This document shows, piece after piece, positions 34,684 through 43,682 of a stretch of 64,000 nucleotides of DNA. This stretch comes from an uncultured Candidatus Saccharibacteria bacterium. GTDB lineage: Bacteria; Patescibacteriota; WWE3; 2-01-FULL-39-13. Below the pieces are notes generated by a model. It searched no databases, was not told the origin of the DNA, and saw nothing but the letters and a program-made list of their open reading frames with translations. Positions within the stretch are counted from its first letter, which is position 1. Every line of letters begins with the position of its first letter. The stretch is taken from contig CAYJKF010000005.1 of NCBI GenBank assembly GCA_964370865.1, positions 35,281 to 99,280 of the forward strand, given 5' to 3'. Both the position numbers and the translations under genes were made by a program.

Positions 34684-35974
34684 AACTATTTTTGTATGTT
34701 CTGAATGTGGAAACGAGTATTCAACCTGGCAAGGACAATGCCGAGCGTGTGGCGCATGGAATTCACTCTATCAAGCAAAAACATCAAGCGTTTCAATCAA
34801 AAATGAACCAAGAGCTAACAAAAAACCTCTTAAACTCAGTCAAATTGATACTTCCCTTGCATCTAGAATTAAAACAGGAATCTCCGAATTAGATAACGTA
34901 CTAAATGGCGGAATCGTTCCAGGCCAGGTAATCCTATTGGCTGGTAATCCCGGAATAGGTAAATCAACACTCCTTTTACAAATAGCCGATAAAATCGAAG
35001 GGGACGTTTTATATGCTTCAGGTGAAGAATCGGAGTCTCAGGTAGCCCTTAGGGCAGAACGGCTCAATATAAAAAATCCGAGATTAGATATTTTATCTAC
35101 AGGTTCAATCAATACGATACTCGACGCTGTTGATAAAAAAATGTTAATAGTTGACTCTATCCAAACCGTATACGTTGATGATGTTGAATCATCAGCGGGG
35201 TCAGTTACTCAAATTAGAGAGTCGGCTTTCAAACTTATCGAATATGCCAAAGCAAATGATATACCAGTTGTTCTAGTTGGTCATATTACAAAAGAAGGTA
35301 ATATTGCAGGACCAAAACTTCTAGAACATATGGTGGATACTGTTTTGTATTTGGAAGGAGACAAGCAACACGTTTTTAGACTTTTGCGTGTTAGAAAGAA
35401 TCGATTTGGTGATGATTCCGAAGTAGGAATATTTGAAATGACTAATGATGGATTAATTGGAGTAGAAGATCCGTCAAAATTACTTAAAGGTGGCGAACAT
35501 GACTATTCGGGATCGAGTACATCGGTGGCTATGGAAGGAAACCGTCCAATCGCAATTGAAGTACAAGCCCTTGTTACAAAATCACAGTTTGGCTATGCAA
35601 AAAGGGCTGTAAATGGCTTTAGTCTCAACAAATTACAACTATTATGTGCGGTGATTCAAAAGAGGACTGGTATAAATATTTTAGATCAGGATGTGTTTGT
35701 GAATATTGCATCTGGTATGCAAATTAAAGAGCCAGGCATTGATTTGGCTGTTACGACGGCTATTATTTCTAGCTATTTAGACAAGAAGGTCAGTGCAAAT
35801 ATTTGTTTCTTTGGTGAAGTTGGACTCGCTGGGGATATACGAAAGGTATACGCCCATGAAAAGCGAATTAAAGAAGCAAAAAAATTAGGTTTTAAGAAAA
35901 TTTATACATCGGAAAATTTAAAAAATGTCTCAGATCTTTTCAACAAGATTAAAAACGATAAAATAAGCCTTTAA
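34667..35974 (+). CDS. radA: DNA repair protein RadA/Sms
   Basis: CSECG..WQGQCRACG Zn finger, GNPGIGKSTLLLQ, KNRFG. Confidence 0.97.
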   Translation: MAKANKTIFVCSECGNEYSTWQGQCRACGAWNSLYQAKTSSVSIKNEPRANKKPLKLSQIDTSLASRIKTGISELDNVLNGGIVPGQVILLAGNPGIGKSTLLLQIADKIEGDVLYASGEESESQVALRAERLNIKNPRLDILSTGSINTILDAVDKKMLIVDSIQTVYVDDVESSAGSVTQIRESAFKLIEYAKANDIPVVLVGHITKEGNIAGPKLLEHMVDTVLYLEGDKQHVFRLLRVRKNRFGDDSEVGIFEMTNDGLIGVEDPSKLLKGGEHDYSGSSTSVAMEGNRPIAIEVQALVTKSQFGYAKRAVNGFSLNKLQLLCAVIQKRTGINILDQDVFVNIASGMQIKEPGIDLAVTTAIISSYLDKKVSANICFFGEVGLAGDIRKVYAHEKRIKEAKKLGFKKIYTSENLKNVSDLFNKIKNDKISL

Positions 35975-36043
35975 ATAAAAAAAGTCCTCATTAAATAAGC
36001 ATATTACTGATATAATTTACACAGTAAAAATTTAACAAATAAC

Positions 36044-37015
36044 TTGTCTAACGATCAGAAAATCATCATATTCTTTAAAAACAATGCCAGGCTAATTTGG
36101 GCTACGCTATTGGCAATTGCCAGTTTACTAATATCTAGATATATCTACTTCATTCGTTATCCGTTTTTTCAATATGCATTTGCAGGTGAAATCATTTTTG
36201 CAATATTAATATTCTTCTTTACATACTATTTGGGGCGTACGGTTGCGTTGTCAATAAGTCATTGGTTTGAGAAAGTTATAGTCGATTCATTTAGAAAAGT
36301 TATAAACGAGGTTTGGGCATATCAAACCAGCCGAATGGTTGAAGAAATAAATAAAGATAAGGTTAACTCTAAAGCAAAAAAGAATCATAACGAGAATGCC
36401 GAGGACACCTATTCTAGTCTCTCTATGGCTATTATTCTTGATACTTCTGCCATTATAGACGGTAGAATTTTAGGAGTTATTAAATCCGGCTTCTTGGATA
36501 ATATGATCCTAGTTCCACAAAACGTAATCAATGAATTGCAATTTATGGCGGATAAAAGTAATAAGTTAAAAAGAGATAAAGGTAGAAGAGGTTTAGATGT
36601 ACTAAAAGAAATCCGCAAAATTATGGGAAAGAAAAAATTCAAAATACTTGAGATTGAAACAAAAGCTGACGAAGTTGATCAATCTCTGGTGGAATTTTCT
36701 AAAAAGCATGGTACTAAAATTGCTACGGTTGATTTCAATTTAAATAAAGCAGCTCAAATTGCAGGTGTAGTCGTCATAAACATAAACGAATTAGCTAACG
36801 AAATTAAACTTAATGTCTTACCGGGTGAATTAATGCATGTAAAACTTGTTCAAGAAGGAAAAGAGAATGGCCAAGCAGTTGGTTATCTTGAAGATGGAAC
36901 AATGATAGTTGTTCGAGAAGGCGCAACACACGTAGGAGAAGAGCTTGAAGTCGCAATCGATAAAGTATTACAAACCAATGCAGGAAGAATGATTTTTGCT
37001 TCCGTTCCCAATTAA
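36044..37015 (+). CDS. Membrane PIN/TRAM domain protein (YacL-like)
   Basis: LDTSAIIDGRI, RGLDVL, TVDFNLNK, EGKENGQAVGYLEDGTMIVV, LQTNAGRMIF. Confidence 0.92.
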   Translation: MSNDQKIIIFFKNNARLIWATLLAIASLLISRYIYFIRYPFFQYAFAGEIIFAILIFFFTYYLGRTVALSISHWFEKVIVDSFRKVINEVWAYQTSRMVEEINKDKVNSKAKKNHNENAEDTYSSLSMAIILDTSAIIDGRILGVIKSGFLDNMILVPQNVINELQFMADKSNKLKRDKGRRGLDVLKEIRKIMGKKKFKILEIETKADEVDQSLVEFSKKHGTKIATVDFNLNKAAQIAGVVVININELANEIKLNVLPGELMHVKLVQEGKENGQAVGYLEDGTMIVVREGATHVGEELEVAIDKVLQTNAGRMIFASVPN

Positions 37016-37087
37016 TGAGGTATGTAACTCAATTAATCAGGCAGATATCGTAAGCCTAAATTCTTTTTTAAAAATATAACGTATATC

Positions 37088-37240
37088 AGGGTAGAAAGTC
37101 CTTAGTGTAGTAGAAAAGAAAAACCGGGCTTGTCTATACGTATATGCGAATAGACGGGCCCGGCCAAATAGATAAGTTCTACCCCCAGGACAGGGTAGGG
37201 GGCAGGATTTCTATACACTTACTTTTATTTCATCTACCCT
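37088..37240 (+). ncRNA. Candidate structured ncRNA or leader element (6S-like?)
   Basis: AGGGTAGA/TCTACCCT closing helix, AGTGTA-TAGAAA/TTTCTA-TACACT, 14-bp hairpin with G-U pairs, TATAAC 7 nt upstream. Confidence 0.5.
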
Positions 37241-37458
37241 AACAAGTCAATAGACAGAGACATGAAAACCATACTCAGTTACCGCTATGGGATAAAAGAG
37301 TAAATTTTGGGCGAGTAAATAAGGTGTCCATCGGCTGTTTAGGCTGATACTAAGGCATTTTGTATTTTCGTCATATTTCCAAAGATATGAAACGAATTCC
37401 TTAAAACATTTAGTCAGAGGGAGTTTTTTAAGTGTGAAGTAGGTCCATATTTACAATA

Positions 37459-37486
37459 TTGATTGTTGATATGGTTATGTTACAAT
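37459..37486 (+). promoter_or_regulatory. Putative rho promoter
   Basis: TTGATT-16 nt-TACAAT with TG extension. Confidence 0.5.
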
Positions 37487-37555
37487 CATTCCTGTAATAT
37501 AAACTCCAGTTAAGTTACATAATAGCTTAACCAGTTAGAAGTAAACATCAATCTT

Positions 37556-38875
37556 ATGCCAGTTTCAAGAAAAGAATTAAAGAATAATGATGACCAAGTT
37601 GATTTCACGGAGATGACTTCGGCCGCTTCATCAGACACCACTCCTTCAACAGGTGTTGTAAATGGTAGTGGTATACCAGCCGCAACTACACCAGTTGTTA
37701 ATAATCCTGAAGATCGTATTGAATACCGTGCACATGATAGTAGACACCAACAGGACGATACGTACAAAGTAGAAGGGATTTTGGAAATAAAGGGTGAATA
37801 CGGCATTTTAAGACAAAAACAAGATCCTAATTCCGTAGATTTACCAAAAGACGTATACATCGCACTAACTCAAATAAACAAATTCGGTTTAAGAAAAGCC
37901 GACAAAATTGAAGGTATCGCAAGAGCTCCTAAAGATAATGAGAGATATTTGTCTTTATTGAGAGTAGACAAAGTCGAAGGAATCGATGCAAAAGAAGCTA
38001 GAAATAGACCTAGGTTTGAGAAGTTAACGCCAATATTTCCAAATGAAAGAATTAAATTAGAAACAACGGGGGATGTTGTTTCAACAAGATTAATCGACAT
38101 CTTAAGTCCAATCGGAAAGGGACAAAGAGGAATGTTAGTCGCTCCTCCAAAAGCTGGTAAAACTTGGTTGTTAACCGAAGTCGCCGGTGGAATTGCTCAT
38201 AATCATCCTGAAATTTCTATCATGGTTGTACTTATTGGTGAGAGACCAGAAGAAGTTACACATATTCAAAGAGAAGTTAAAGGTGAAGTTTGGGCAAGTA
38301 ACTTTGATGAATCTGCTCAAGAACAAGTTGTTGTAGCCGAGAACGCCTTAGAAAAAGCAAAAAGATTAGCTGAAAAAGGTGGAGATGTAGTTATCCTTAT
38401 GGACTCAATTACGAGATTAGCTAGAGCTTACAATATGGTCGAACCACCTAGTGGTAGAACACTAACGGGAGGATTTGACCCAGCAGCATTATATCCACCA
38501 AAAAGATTTTTTGGTGCCGCTAGAAATTTCGAAGAAGGTGGATCATTAACAATAATCGCTACAGCTTTGATTGACACCGGAAGTAGAATGGATGACGTTA
38601 TTTTCGAAGAGTTTAAAGGTACGGGTAATATGGAGTTAATTCTAGATCGTGCTTTATCTGAAAGAAGAATTTATCCTTCAATCGACGTAAAGAGATCAAT
38701 GACTCGACATGATGAGCTTTTATATACCAAAAAAGAAGCGGAGAAAGTAATGACCTTAAGAAGAATGATAGATTTATTAGACGAAAAAGAAGCTACTCAA
38801 ATTGTCGTAGAAAGAATCAAAAAAACAAAATCTAACGATGAGTTTTTAGACACCCTCTCAAGCGGAAAAATTTAA
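37556..38875 (+). CDS. rho: Transcription termination factor Rho
   Basis: [48 protein letters not shown]. Confidence 0.97.
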   Translation: MPVSRKELKNNDDQVDFTEMTSAASSDTTPSTGVVNGSGIPAATTPVVNNPEDRIEYRAHDSRHQQDDTYKVEGILEIKGEYGILRQKQDPNSVDLPKDVYIALTQINKFGLRKADKIEGIARAPKDNERYLSLLRVDKVEGIDAKEARNRPRFEKLTPIFPNERIKLETTGDVVSTRLIDILSPIGKGQRGMLVAPPKAGKTWLLTEVAGGIAHNHPEISIMVVLIGERPEEVTHIQREVKGEVWASNFDESAQEQVVVAENALEKAKRLAEKGGDVVILMDSITRLARAYNMVEPPSGRTLTGGFDPAALYPPKRFFGAARNFEEGGSLTIIATALIDTGSRMDDVIFEEFKGTGNMELILDRALSERRIYPSIDVKRSMTRHDELLYTKKEAEKVMTLRRMIDLLDEKEATQIVVERIKKTKSNDEFLDTLSSGKI

Positions 38876-38938
38876 TTCCAATTTACCTTAACGTTGTTGA
38901 TTTGTTAGAATCGCAGTGGTTAACGGAAAATTTCAATC

Positions 38939-40120
38939 ATGAACATAATAACTAATTTTTTGAGAAAGATTAAAGAACTCCCGGGCAATGTATTAAATTC
39001 TATTGAAGAGATAGGTGGTTTTGTTATAGCCGCATTTGAATATTTCATATACCGAATTGATACAACGCTTAACGCACTTAAACAACTTACAGTTACAAAT
39101 TTAAACCTCTACAGAATACTTAAATTCAAAGTCGTGGGAACATTAATTTGGTCACAGGGCAAAGTCGGCTTACGTATTAGAAACCTATTTATCCTATTCT
39201 TTATATGTTTTGTGTTTATTTTAGGAGGTATTTTTCAGGATAGATTTGTTGAAATTAGTGGAACCGATGAATTGTCTTTTCTTAATACTGATTCAATTTT
39301 AATTGCCAAAGCGAGTGCCTCAACACAAGAAAGTGATACTAGATTGCTTGATAGTCCCTTAGAGCATACCGTGGGGGAAAACGAGTCATTAAGTGATATT
39401 GGTATGAAATATGGGATTACCATTGAATCAATAAAATTTGCCAATAATTTAGTAAAAAGTGAAGTTGCAGCTGGTACAGTATTAAAGATTCCTCCAGTTG
39501 AGGGAACTTTACATCAGGTTAAAGCGGATACTTCTGGAAATCCAGAGACAATTGAGAGTTTAGCCAGAAGGTACCGTGTACCTACACAAACCATAGTTGA
39601 TTTTAACTATTTAGATGTTCCATATACACTAACTGTTGGCCAATTCATAACTATTCCTAAAGCCGAAATCCCAAGCAATCAAAGATATTATGCTGGAACG
39701 CCAGTTTACGATACATCTGCGTACGGAATAATTCCAACAACTAAAACTGGTGGAACTGGAGGCGGTAAATTTAATTGGCCACTATCTGGAATTCTTACAC
39801 AAGGTTTTAGTAGCTATCATCCAGCAATTGATATAGCTAATAGAACAGGAGATATCTTAGCTGGGGATAAAGGAACAGTTGTTAGATCTGGTTGGTGGCA
39901 AGGAGGCTATGGTAATGCTGTTCAAATAGACCATGGTAACGGTTATGTAACTACATACGCACATATGAGTAGTATTAGCGTTTCTGTAGGCGACGAAGTT
40001 TCACAAGGACAAAAATTAGGAGTTGTTGGTTCTACTGGTAGATCAACTGGTCCTCATTTACACTTTACCATCCAGTTTGATGGAAAATACATTTCACCAA
40101 TGGATTTATTGCCACGCTAA
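38939..40120 (+). CDS. LysM + M23 peptidase
   Basis: Two LysM repeats, HPAID, YAH, GRSTGPHLHF. Confidence 0.93.
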   Translation: MNIITNFLRKIKELPGNVLNSIEEIGGFVIAAFEYFIYRIDTTLNALKQLTVTNLNLYRILKFKVVGTLIWSQGKVGLRIRNLFILFFICFVFILGGIFQDRFVEISGTDELSFLNTDSILIAKASASTQESDTRLLDSPLEHTVGENESLSDIGMKYGITIESIKFANNLVKSEVAAGTVLKIPPVEGTLHQVKADTSGNPETIESLARRYRVPTQTIVDFNYLDVPYTLTVGQFITIPKAEIPSNQRYYAGTPVYDTSAYGIIPTTKTGGTGGGKFNWPLSGILTQGFSSYHPAIDIANRTGDILAGDKGTVVRSGWWQGGYGNAVQIDHGNGYVTTYAHMSSISVSVGDEVSQGQKLGVVGSTGRSTGPHLHFTIQFDGKYISPMDLLPR

Positions 40121-40179
40121 AATAAATACTTATTTTATTGGGTTGCAAAAAGTGTATGCATTTTGCATAATCAATAAAT

Positions 40180-42453
40180 ATGCAAACTATACTTTCTGAA
40201 AATAACTCAGCCTCGAATGTTTATGTTGAAGAAGATAAGAAAAGATTAACTCCGACACAAGTCATAGAATTTTTATATGTTTCACTTTTATTTTTATTAC
40301 CATTTTTCTTTTTACCAATTACAAATGATTTTCTAGTTTTAAATAAGACATTTTTAACCGTCTTTATTGCGGGTCTTTCATTAGCTTTATTTTTCTTTCA
40401 AGCATTTAGAAAAGGAAGTCTAACGATTAGAGGTTTTAAAGTGTATTTACCCTTTGTTTTATTGTTAGTTGCGGCATTAGCATCTACTTACTTCTCAACA
40501 GACAGATACACTTCGGTATTCGGTAGTTTTTATAACTACAACAACTCGATATTATTTTGGATTGCTTTAATCGTAATCGGATTTGTCGCTTCAAACGTTA
40601 GAATCCGTACATCAAAATTATTAACAGCATTAATGGCTGGTACGATAGTTACAACACTAGTGGCTTTATTCACACTATATGGTGGAAAACTCCCATTCTT
40701 AAGCAGAACAGTTTCTTCGAGCAATCTAGTTGGTACAAGCACAAACGCAATAGCTTTATTTATCCTAGTATCGCTACTTGCCTTTAATGAGTACTTAAAA
40801 ACGGACAATCATAAATTTTCTAAGGTAATTTCTTTAATCGCATTTGTTCTAACTTCAATCTATGTATTTAGCACAATGAATGTGCTAGCCATAGTAGTTT
40901 TAGTAGCTGGATTATTATATCTAGGTGTTACGAACTATGATTCAATTTCGCGAAATGTTGTTAAAGCAGCGATTCCATTAACAATTGTTGTAATAGTTTC
41001 TTTAATGAATTTAATTCCTTCAACTAGATCAATGATGGGACTTGCAACATACGCCGAGAGTCCTGCATTGAGTTTTAGTCAATCATGGTATGTTTCGGTT
41101 TCTGCTATTAGAAGTTATCCATACACTGGATCAGGTCTAGGAACATTTATGAATGATTTCTCACAAGCAAGACCAGAATCATTTAATAAAGAAACTTTTT
41201 GGAATGCCAGAATGAATGCCCCATATAATGATGTATTCATGTGGTTAGCCACAGCTGGTTTACTAGGTGTTCTTGCATATATATATTTTGGATTTGATTT
41301 ATTAAAGTCATCTTTTAGAGTTTTTAAAGAAAATCAAGGAAGCCGAAATGTAGCAATGGTAGCATTCTTATCATTTTTCCTTATGCTTCTATTTGGATCA
41401 AACATAGTTCTATACGTTGTATTGTTTGTTTGTTACGGATTATTGCTACAAGTTAGAAGTAGTAACGTAAATAATTTGGGATCTAAATTTTTACCATTAG
41501 GCTTAGCAATCGTAACTTTAGCCTTGTTTGGATATGTTGGATATAAAGCATCCATGGTGTATGCAGCCCAATATCATTACACAAAAGCATTGTTAAGTGG
41601 AACATTAAGTGAAAGATATAATGGCATCCTAAAAGCTGTTAATACCGAGCCATATGAAGATGTATATAGAAGAGACTTTGTTGGAATTAACTTACTAGTA
41701 GCTAGTGCTTTAAGCCGAAGTGAAAATCTGACCGATGAGCAAAAAGAGCAAATAGTTACAAGGGTAAAACTAGCATTGTTAAATGCCAATGCATTAGTTC
41801 AAAGAAGTCCAATGAGCGTTGCAAATTGGGAAGTCCGAGGAAACGCATTCAAATCTATTATCGGATTAGTAGAAGGAGCTGACACAGCTGCATTACAGTC
41901 ATATTCAAATGCAAGTAGGTTAGAAAAGACTAACCCAAGATTGTATGTTGAAATTGGTGGAATAGCATACAGAGCCAAGAACTACCAAGTTGCAGTAAAC
42001 AACTTCGCAACAGCGGTAGGTTACAAACCAGATTATGCAAATGGTCATTATAATCTAGCTCACGCATTAAAAGATGCAGGAGCATTTGCACAAGCTTATA
42101 CACAACTAGAGGTAGTTGCTAGATTAGTACCAAACGATAGCCCGGTTTATGAAAAAGTCTCAAAAGAATTAGAAGAGTTTAAGAAACTAAGAGACGATCA
42201 AGTTGCTGCAGAGCAGGCTAAGAAACTTGAGGTTCCAGCAGGTGCTGCGCCAACGGATGTAGAAAGAAAAACAAGATTGGATGAGGAACTAAAGAATACT
42301 CAAGAACCAACCGATACCGATGTTAAACCAACCGAAGGAGTAGAGATTCCAAAAGAAGAAGTTACAACTGGAATCACGCCAAATGCTGATGGATCAAATG
42401 TAAATGAAGAAGAAGGTGAGACTGAAGCTCCTTTAGCTAAACCAGCAGAATAA
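40180..42453 (+). CDS. O-antigen ligase/Wzy_C-like membrane protein with TPR domain
   Basis: More than 10 TM segments, GSGLGTF..N..LATAGLLG, TPR (PDYANGHYNLA), acidic tail. Confidence 0.75.
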   Translation: MQTILSENNSASNVYVEEDKKRLTPTQVIEFLYVSLLFLLPFFFLPITNDFLVLNKTFLTVFIAGLSLALFFFQAFRKGSLTIRGFKVYLPFVLLLVAALASTYFSTDRYTSVFGSFYNYNNSILFWIALIVIGFVASNVRIRTSKLLTALMAGTIVTTLVALFTLYGGKLPFLSRTVSSSNLVGTSTNAIALFILVSLLAFNEYLKTDNHKFSKVISLIAFVLTSIYVFSTMNVLAIVVLVAGLLYLGVTNYDSISRNVVKAAIPLTIVVIVSLMNLIPSTRSMMGLATYAESPALSFSQSWYVSVSAIRSYPYTGSGLGTFMNDFSQARPESFNKETFWNARMNAPYNDVFMWLATAGLLGVLAYIYFGFDLLKSSFRVFKENQGSRNVAMVAFLSFFLMLLFGSNIVLYVVLFVCYGLLLQVRSSNVNNLGSKFLPLGLAIVTLALFGYVGYKASMVYAAQYHYTKALLSGTLSERYNGILKAVNTEPYEDVYRRDFVGINLLVASALSRSENLTDEQKEQIVTRVKLALLNANALVQRSPMSVANWEVRGNAFKSIIGLVEGADTAALQSYSNASRLEKTNPRLYVEIGGIAYRAKNYQVAVNNFATAVGYKPDYANGHYNLAHALKDAGAFAQAYTQLEVVARLVPNDSPVYEKVSKELEEFKKLRDDQVAAEQAKKLEVPAGAAPTDVERKTRLDEELKNTQEPTDTDVKPTEGVEIPKEEVTTGITPNADGSNVNEEEGETEAPLAKPAE

Positions 42454-42485
42454 TTGATTTAACTGAACTTAAACAGAGAAGAGGC

Positions 42486-43631
42486 CTACTTTTTAGTAGG
42501 CTTCTCTTGTATTTTAGCCTTAAATATAATTCGTTTATTAGGTAAATTGGTTATATCGTACTTCTTTACTTGTATTTTCTCTGGAGTATTGTCAACGAAA
42601 TTTAATATTTCCTCTTGTTTTATAAGGTATGTTTTATAGATTTGCTTAACTAATTCATCAAGATTGATTGAAGAATATGCAGATATACCCATAATGTCTA
42701 TTTTCTTTTTCTTAAATGCTGCTTTAATTTCATCGAATTGTTCTTTTACTTCGGTGATATCTATTTTATTTAGAACGACAATTTCTGCTTTATCCATTAA
42801 GGTAGCATTCCATTTTTTAAGCTCGTTTCTAATATCCTGATAGTCTTTGATTAAAGAGGGAATTCCTCCACTTAATATTTTTGTACCATCGACCAAATGA
42901 ATTATTATATTGGTTCTTTCTATGTGGCGCAGAAAATCATAGCCTAATCCTTTTCCTTCAGAAGCACCTTCTATTAATCCAGGTATATCAGCTAAAACGA
43001 TATCTTGATCGATTCCGTTTATATAGTTACCTACATGTAGAACACCTAAGTTAGGGGACAGTGTAGTAAATGGATAATTTCCAATCTTTGCACTGGCTCT
43101 GGTTAATGAGTTAAGTAAGGTAGATTTACCCGCGCTAGGAATTCCTATTAATCCGACATCAGCGATTAATTTAAGTTCAAGTTTTAAAAGTTGAGTTTCG
43201 CGCTTTTCACCTGAAGTATATTGATAAGGAGTTTGGTTAATTGACGATTTAAAATGCCAGTTACCCATACCACCTTTTCCACCTCTATCTAGAATAACGC
43301 TTTGATTTAAGTCAATCATATCGACGATTACTTCACCATTTTCATCAAATACGGTAGTGCCAAGAGGAACTTTTATTATTTCATCTGCTCCGTCGTGACC
43401 TTTCTTAAGATTTTTCATTCCGCCTTCGCCATTTTCGGCTTTATATTCGATTTTTCGGTGAAAGTACGAGAGAGTATTTGCGTGAGAGTCGACTTCGAGA
43501 ACTATGCTACCACCTTTTCCACCATCTCCGCCCCATGGTCCACCTTTATCTACGTATTTTTCACGCCTAAAAGAGACTAAACCGTCTCCGCCGTTTCCTG
43601 CTTTAATTTTGATTTCGGCTGTGTCAATCAT
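42486..43631 (-). CDS. obg: GTPase Obg/CgtA
   Basis: AGNGGDG.VSFRREKY, GIPSAGKSTL, YPFTTL, DIPGLIEGA, NKID. Confidence 0.97.
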   Translation of the reverse strand: MIDTAEIKIKAGNGGDGLVSFRREKYVDKGGPWGGDGGKGGSIVLEVDSHANTLSYFHRKIEYKAENGEGGMKNLKKGHDGADEIIKVPLGTTVFDENGEVIVDMIDLNQSVILDRGGKGGMGNWHFKSSINQTPYQYTSGEKRETQLLKLELKLIADVGLIGIPSAGKSTLLNSLTRASAKIGNYPFTTLSPNLGVLHVGNYINGIDQDIVLADIPGLIEGASEGKGLGYDFLRHIERTNIIIHLVDGTKILSGGIPSLIKDYQDIRNELKKWNATLMDKAEIVVLNKIDITEVKEQFDEIKAAFKKKKIDIMGISAYSSINLDELVKQIYKTYLIKQEEILNFVDNTPEKIQVKKYDITNLPNKRIIFKAKIQEKPTKK

Positions 43632-43682
43632 CCGACTATTATAACATTACAATTTGCTTGGGGATTTTGTTAAAATGTCCCA

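Noticed and set aside
37089-37360. RNase P RNA (GAAAGTCC, GGCCAAATAG, CTAAGGC resemble conserved regions)
   Set aside because: No GAGGAAAGTCC context, no ACAGAA..GGCTTA CR-V and no S-domain motifs; kept only as an unidentified RNA
37510-38100. Minus-strand ORFs antisense to rho, and similar short antisense ORFs throughout
   Set aside because: Opposite well-supported genes, with no motifs
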